DNA of 64,000 bases from positions 2,004 through 66,003 of the forward strand of contig CAMOJP010000001.1 of assembly GCA_946617165.1 (NCBI GenBank). The letters are read 5' to 3'. Source of the DNA: an uncultured Bacteroidales bacterium (GTDB lineage Bacteria > Bacteroidota > Bacteroidia > Bacteroidales > Paludibacteraceae). A model generated the notes under the pieces. The model saw only the letters and a list, made by a program, of their open reading frames with translations. It did not search any database and was not told where the DNA came from. Made by a program: the position numbers and the translations under genes. Shown one piece after another: positions 62,595-64,000 of this stretch (position 1 is the stretch's first letter; each line of letters opens with the position of its first letter).

Positions 62595-63775
62595 TTGAAA
62601 TAATTCGGATTAGCAGGTACTCCATGCTCAAAATCGTCAGTAGAGTTATTCGTGTCCTGTAATAAACGCCGTCCATTAACTATCTGTTGTACCTTACGAC
62701 GCACAGCCTTGCCAAATCGCGTGACATCACTACCCGTAGGTGCCACGTAAGTATAACCTGCGTCAAGAGTTTGGCTAAAGGTTAACCACTGAAACGTCTC
62801 CGAGGGAGAGAGATTAACCGCATCCACAATCCACTCGTTCGGGATAACATACGACTTCTTGGACTGAGAGAACGTACCGGCTGAGGTTACTAACTCATAC
62901 TTATAATTCAGGTAATACGTATCCGTTGCGAAGTACTTCTCCGCTGTCATACCTTCGGGGAATCGCGCCAAGCCAAAGGACTTATGTCCCTGATTATGCG
63001 GCACCCAAATCGTATAGGTATAACAATACAACTTATCCATATTCGGCACTTGCGGATTATCCACATCCGTGACACCGGCACTTGATGAGACGTCAAACCA
63101 CTCAAAATCCGCCTCACTTAAATCAAAGGAGTTCGGATTAGCCTCCTTGTGATTCATCGCGTTATCGGCAATAAGCAATGCCTTCCCGGGTGCGACGCGA
63201 TAGGTTGTACCCGTTCCGGGAACACGATACAACGCATCGACTGCAAAATACTCGCTACGGAAGTCATAGTCTAATTTATACTTCTGCACGGAGTTCAGGT
63301 CGGACTCCATTAAAATCAATCCATCGGCTGACAAAGTGTCCTCGGAGTTATTATAGATAACGAAATATTTATCGCCGATGTACCGTTTGCCCTCCGGAGT
63401 CTCTGTTCCCGCAAAGAAAATCTCAGCAAGCACGAAATCACCCTCCCCTGTGCTCATATAGTCGGTTGGGATAGTGACTGAACAATCTTGCGACACTACG
63501 ACACCGCGTAGATACCCTCGAATAGCTCTGCCGTTATTCTCAGCCGATATAGACCAATCGTAATACCCAATGGGAATAGTCAGCGATAACGTACTATCCG
63601 TATAATCTTTGTTCATATTGACGTCATGAGCCGTGATGTGTATATGCGACACATCCTCCAATTGCTCCATCTGCAAAACTACCGTTACACGTGCAGTCCG
63701 GTTCAAAGAGGAAGGTTCGCATGCTGCCAACAGCATGCACACCATGAAACCCATACTAATAACTTTACATTTCAT
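62591..63775 (-). CDS. DUF4876-like lipoprotein with lamin-tail-like segment
   Basis: Lipobox LLAAC. The segment FVLAEIFFAGTETPEGKRYIGDKYFVIYNNSEDTLSADGLIL resembles an LTD fold. It sits directly after a TBDR gene. Confidence 0.55.
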   Translation of the reverse strand: MKCKVISMGFMVCMLLAACEPSSLNRTARVTVVLQMEQLEDVSHIHITAHDVNMNKDYTDSTLSLTIPIGYYDWSISAENNGRAIRGYLRGVVVSQDCSVTIPTDYMSTGEGDFVLAEIFFAGTETPEGKRYIGDKYFVIYNNSEDTLSADGLILMESDLNSVQKYKLDYDFRSEYFAVDALYRVPGTGTTYRVAPGKALLIADNAMNHKEANPNSFDLSEADFEWFDVSSSAGVTDVDNPQVPNMDKLYCYTYTIWVPHNQGHKSFGLARFPEGMTAEKYFATDTYYLNYKYELVTSAGTFSQSKKSYVIPNEWIVDAVNLSPSETFQWLTFSQTLDAGYTYVAPTGSDVTRFGKAVRRKVQQIVNGRRLLQDTNNSTDDFEHGVPANPNYFK

Positions 63776-63776
63776 C

Positions 63777-64000
63777 TTATATATTCAAATTTATCTCCAT
63801 GCCGAAATAAGGACTTGCGGTTCGGTGAATAGTCACTTGTCCACCGCTGGGACCACTTACCTGATAATCAGGAAGGATATCTAATAACCGATTGACATAT
63901 AGCGCGATATTAGCAAAACGAGTTATACTTTTCTGTACGCGCAGGTTCAGATAGCCTTCAAAAGGCACCGTACGACGCACAAATTGTCCGCTATTATAAT
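63777..64000 (-). CDS. TonB-dependent receptor, C-terminal end only (5' part outside the window)
   Basis: The frame remains open to base 64000. The beta-strand-like C-terminus (..GYLNLRVQ..YFGMEINLNI) ends 1 nt before the DUF4876-like start codon. Confidence 0.55.
   Translation of the reverse strand, partial: YNSGQFVRRTVPFEGYLNLRVQKSITRFANIALYVNRLLDILPDYQVSGPSGGQVTIHRTASPYFGMEINLNI

Noticed and set aside
1-64000. Mobile elements, prophage, defence islands and rRNA.
   Set aside because: I recognised no transposase, integrase, recombinase, phage structural, restriction-modification, toxin-antitoxin or cas-like product in any frame. No terminal inverted repeats bracket a gene block.

Overview
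The window looks like chromosomal DNA from a Bacteroidota genome, probably Bacteroidales or Prevotella-like. The evidence is SusC/SusD pairs, a lipoprotein Omp85 (TamL-like) plus TamB, sigma-54, a tmRNA with a ..YALAA tag, and about 14 promoters matching the Bacteroidota -33 TTTG / -7 TAnnTTTG pattern with a fixed 19-20 nt spacer. No tools were available, so every family call rests on motifs I recognise in the translations and none is a database hit. I used the promoter boxes to trim several over-long ORF-track starts.

Gene content:
- 800-27200: housekeeping and envelope genes (thrS, rnhB, tamL, tamB, rpoN, nusB-yajC, coaBC, rpoZ, bamD, apbE).
- 29053-32223: a VOC / SPT-like alpha-oxoamine synthase / SDR operon.
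- 36397-45695: a SusC/SusD locus with a zinc metallohydrolase lipoprotein and a DUF4302-like protein.
- 45919-50740: a Cys-rich protein / lipoprotein / TonB-dependent receptor / DUF4249-like operon.
- 53604-59068: ssrA followed by a GNAT-like / fur / peptidase operon, a FeoB-like permease with no P-loop, and a LuxR-type regulator with a hemerythrin/RIC-like domain.
- 60963-64000: a TBDR / DUF4876-like / DUF6850-like / lipoprotein cluster.
- Three tRNAs (Gln-CTG, Leu-TAG, and an atypical Arg-CCG).

Most unusual observations:
- A 1.5-kb gene-free tract (27330-28790) built from nested tandem repeats.
- A hairpin element with a cUACGg tetraloop shared, in inverted orientation, with a second repeat hotspot (50741-51160).
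- Exactly 11-bp-period tandem arrays of unrelated sequence in six intergenic regions.
- A roughly 72-bp terminator-promoter cassette present three times.
- A short conserved C-terminal tag on four secreted non-lipoproteins that are otherwise unrelated.

I saw no transposase, integrase, phage gene, CRISPR array or rRNA.
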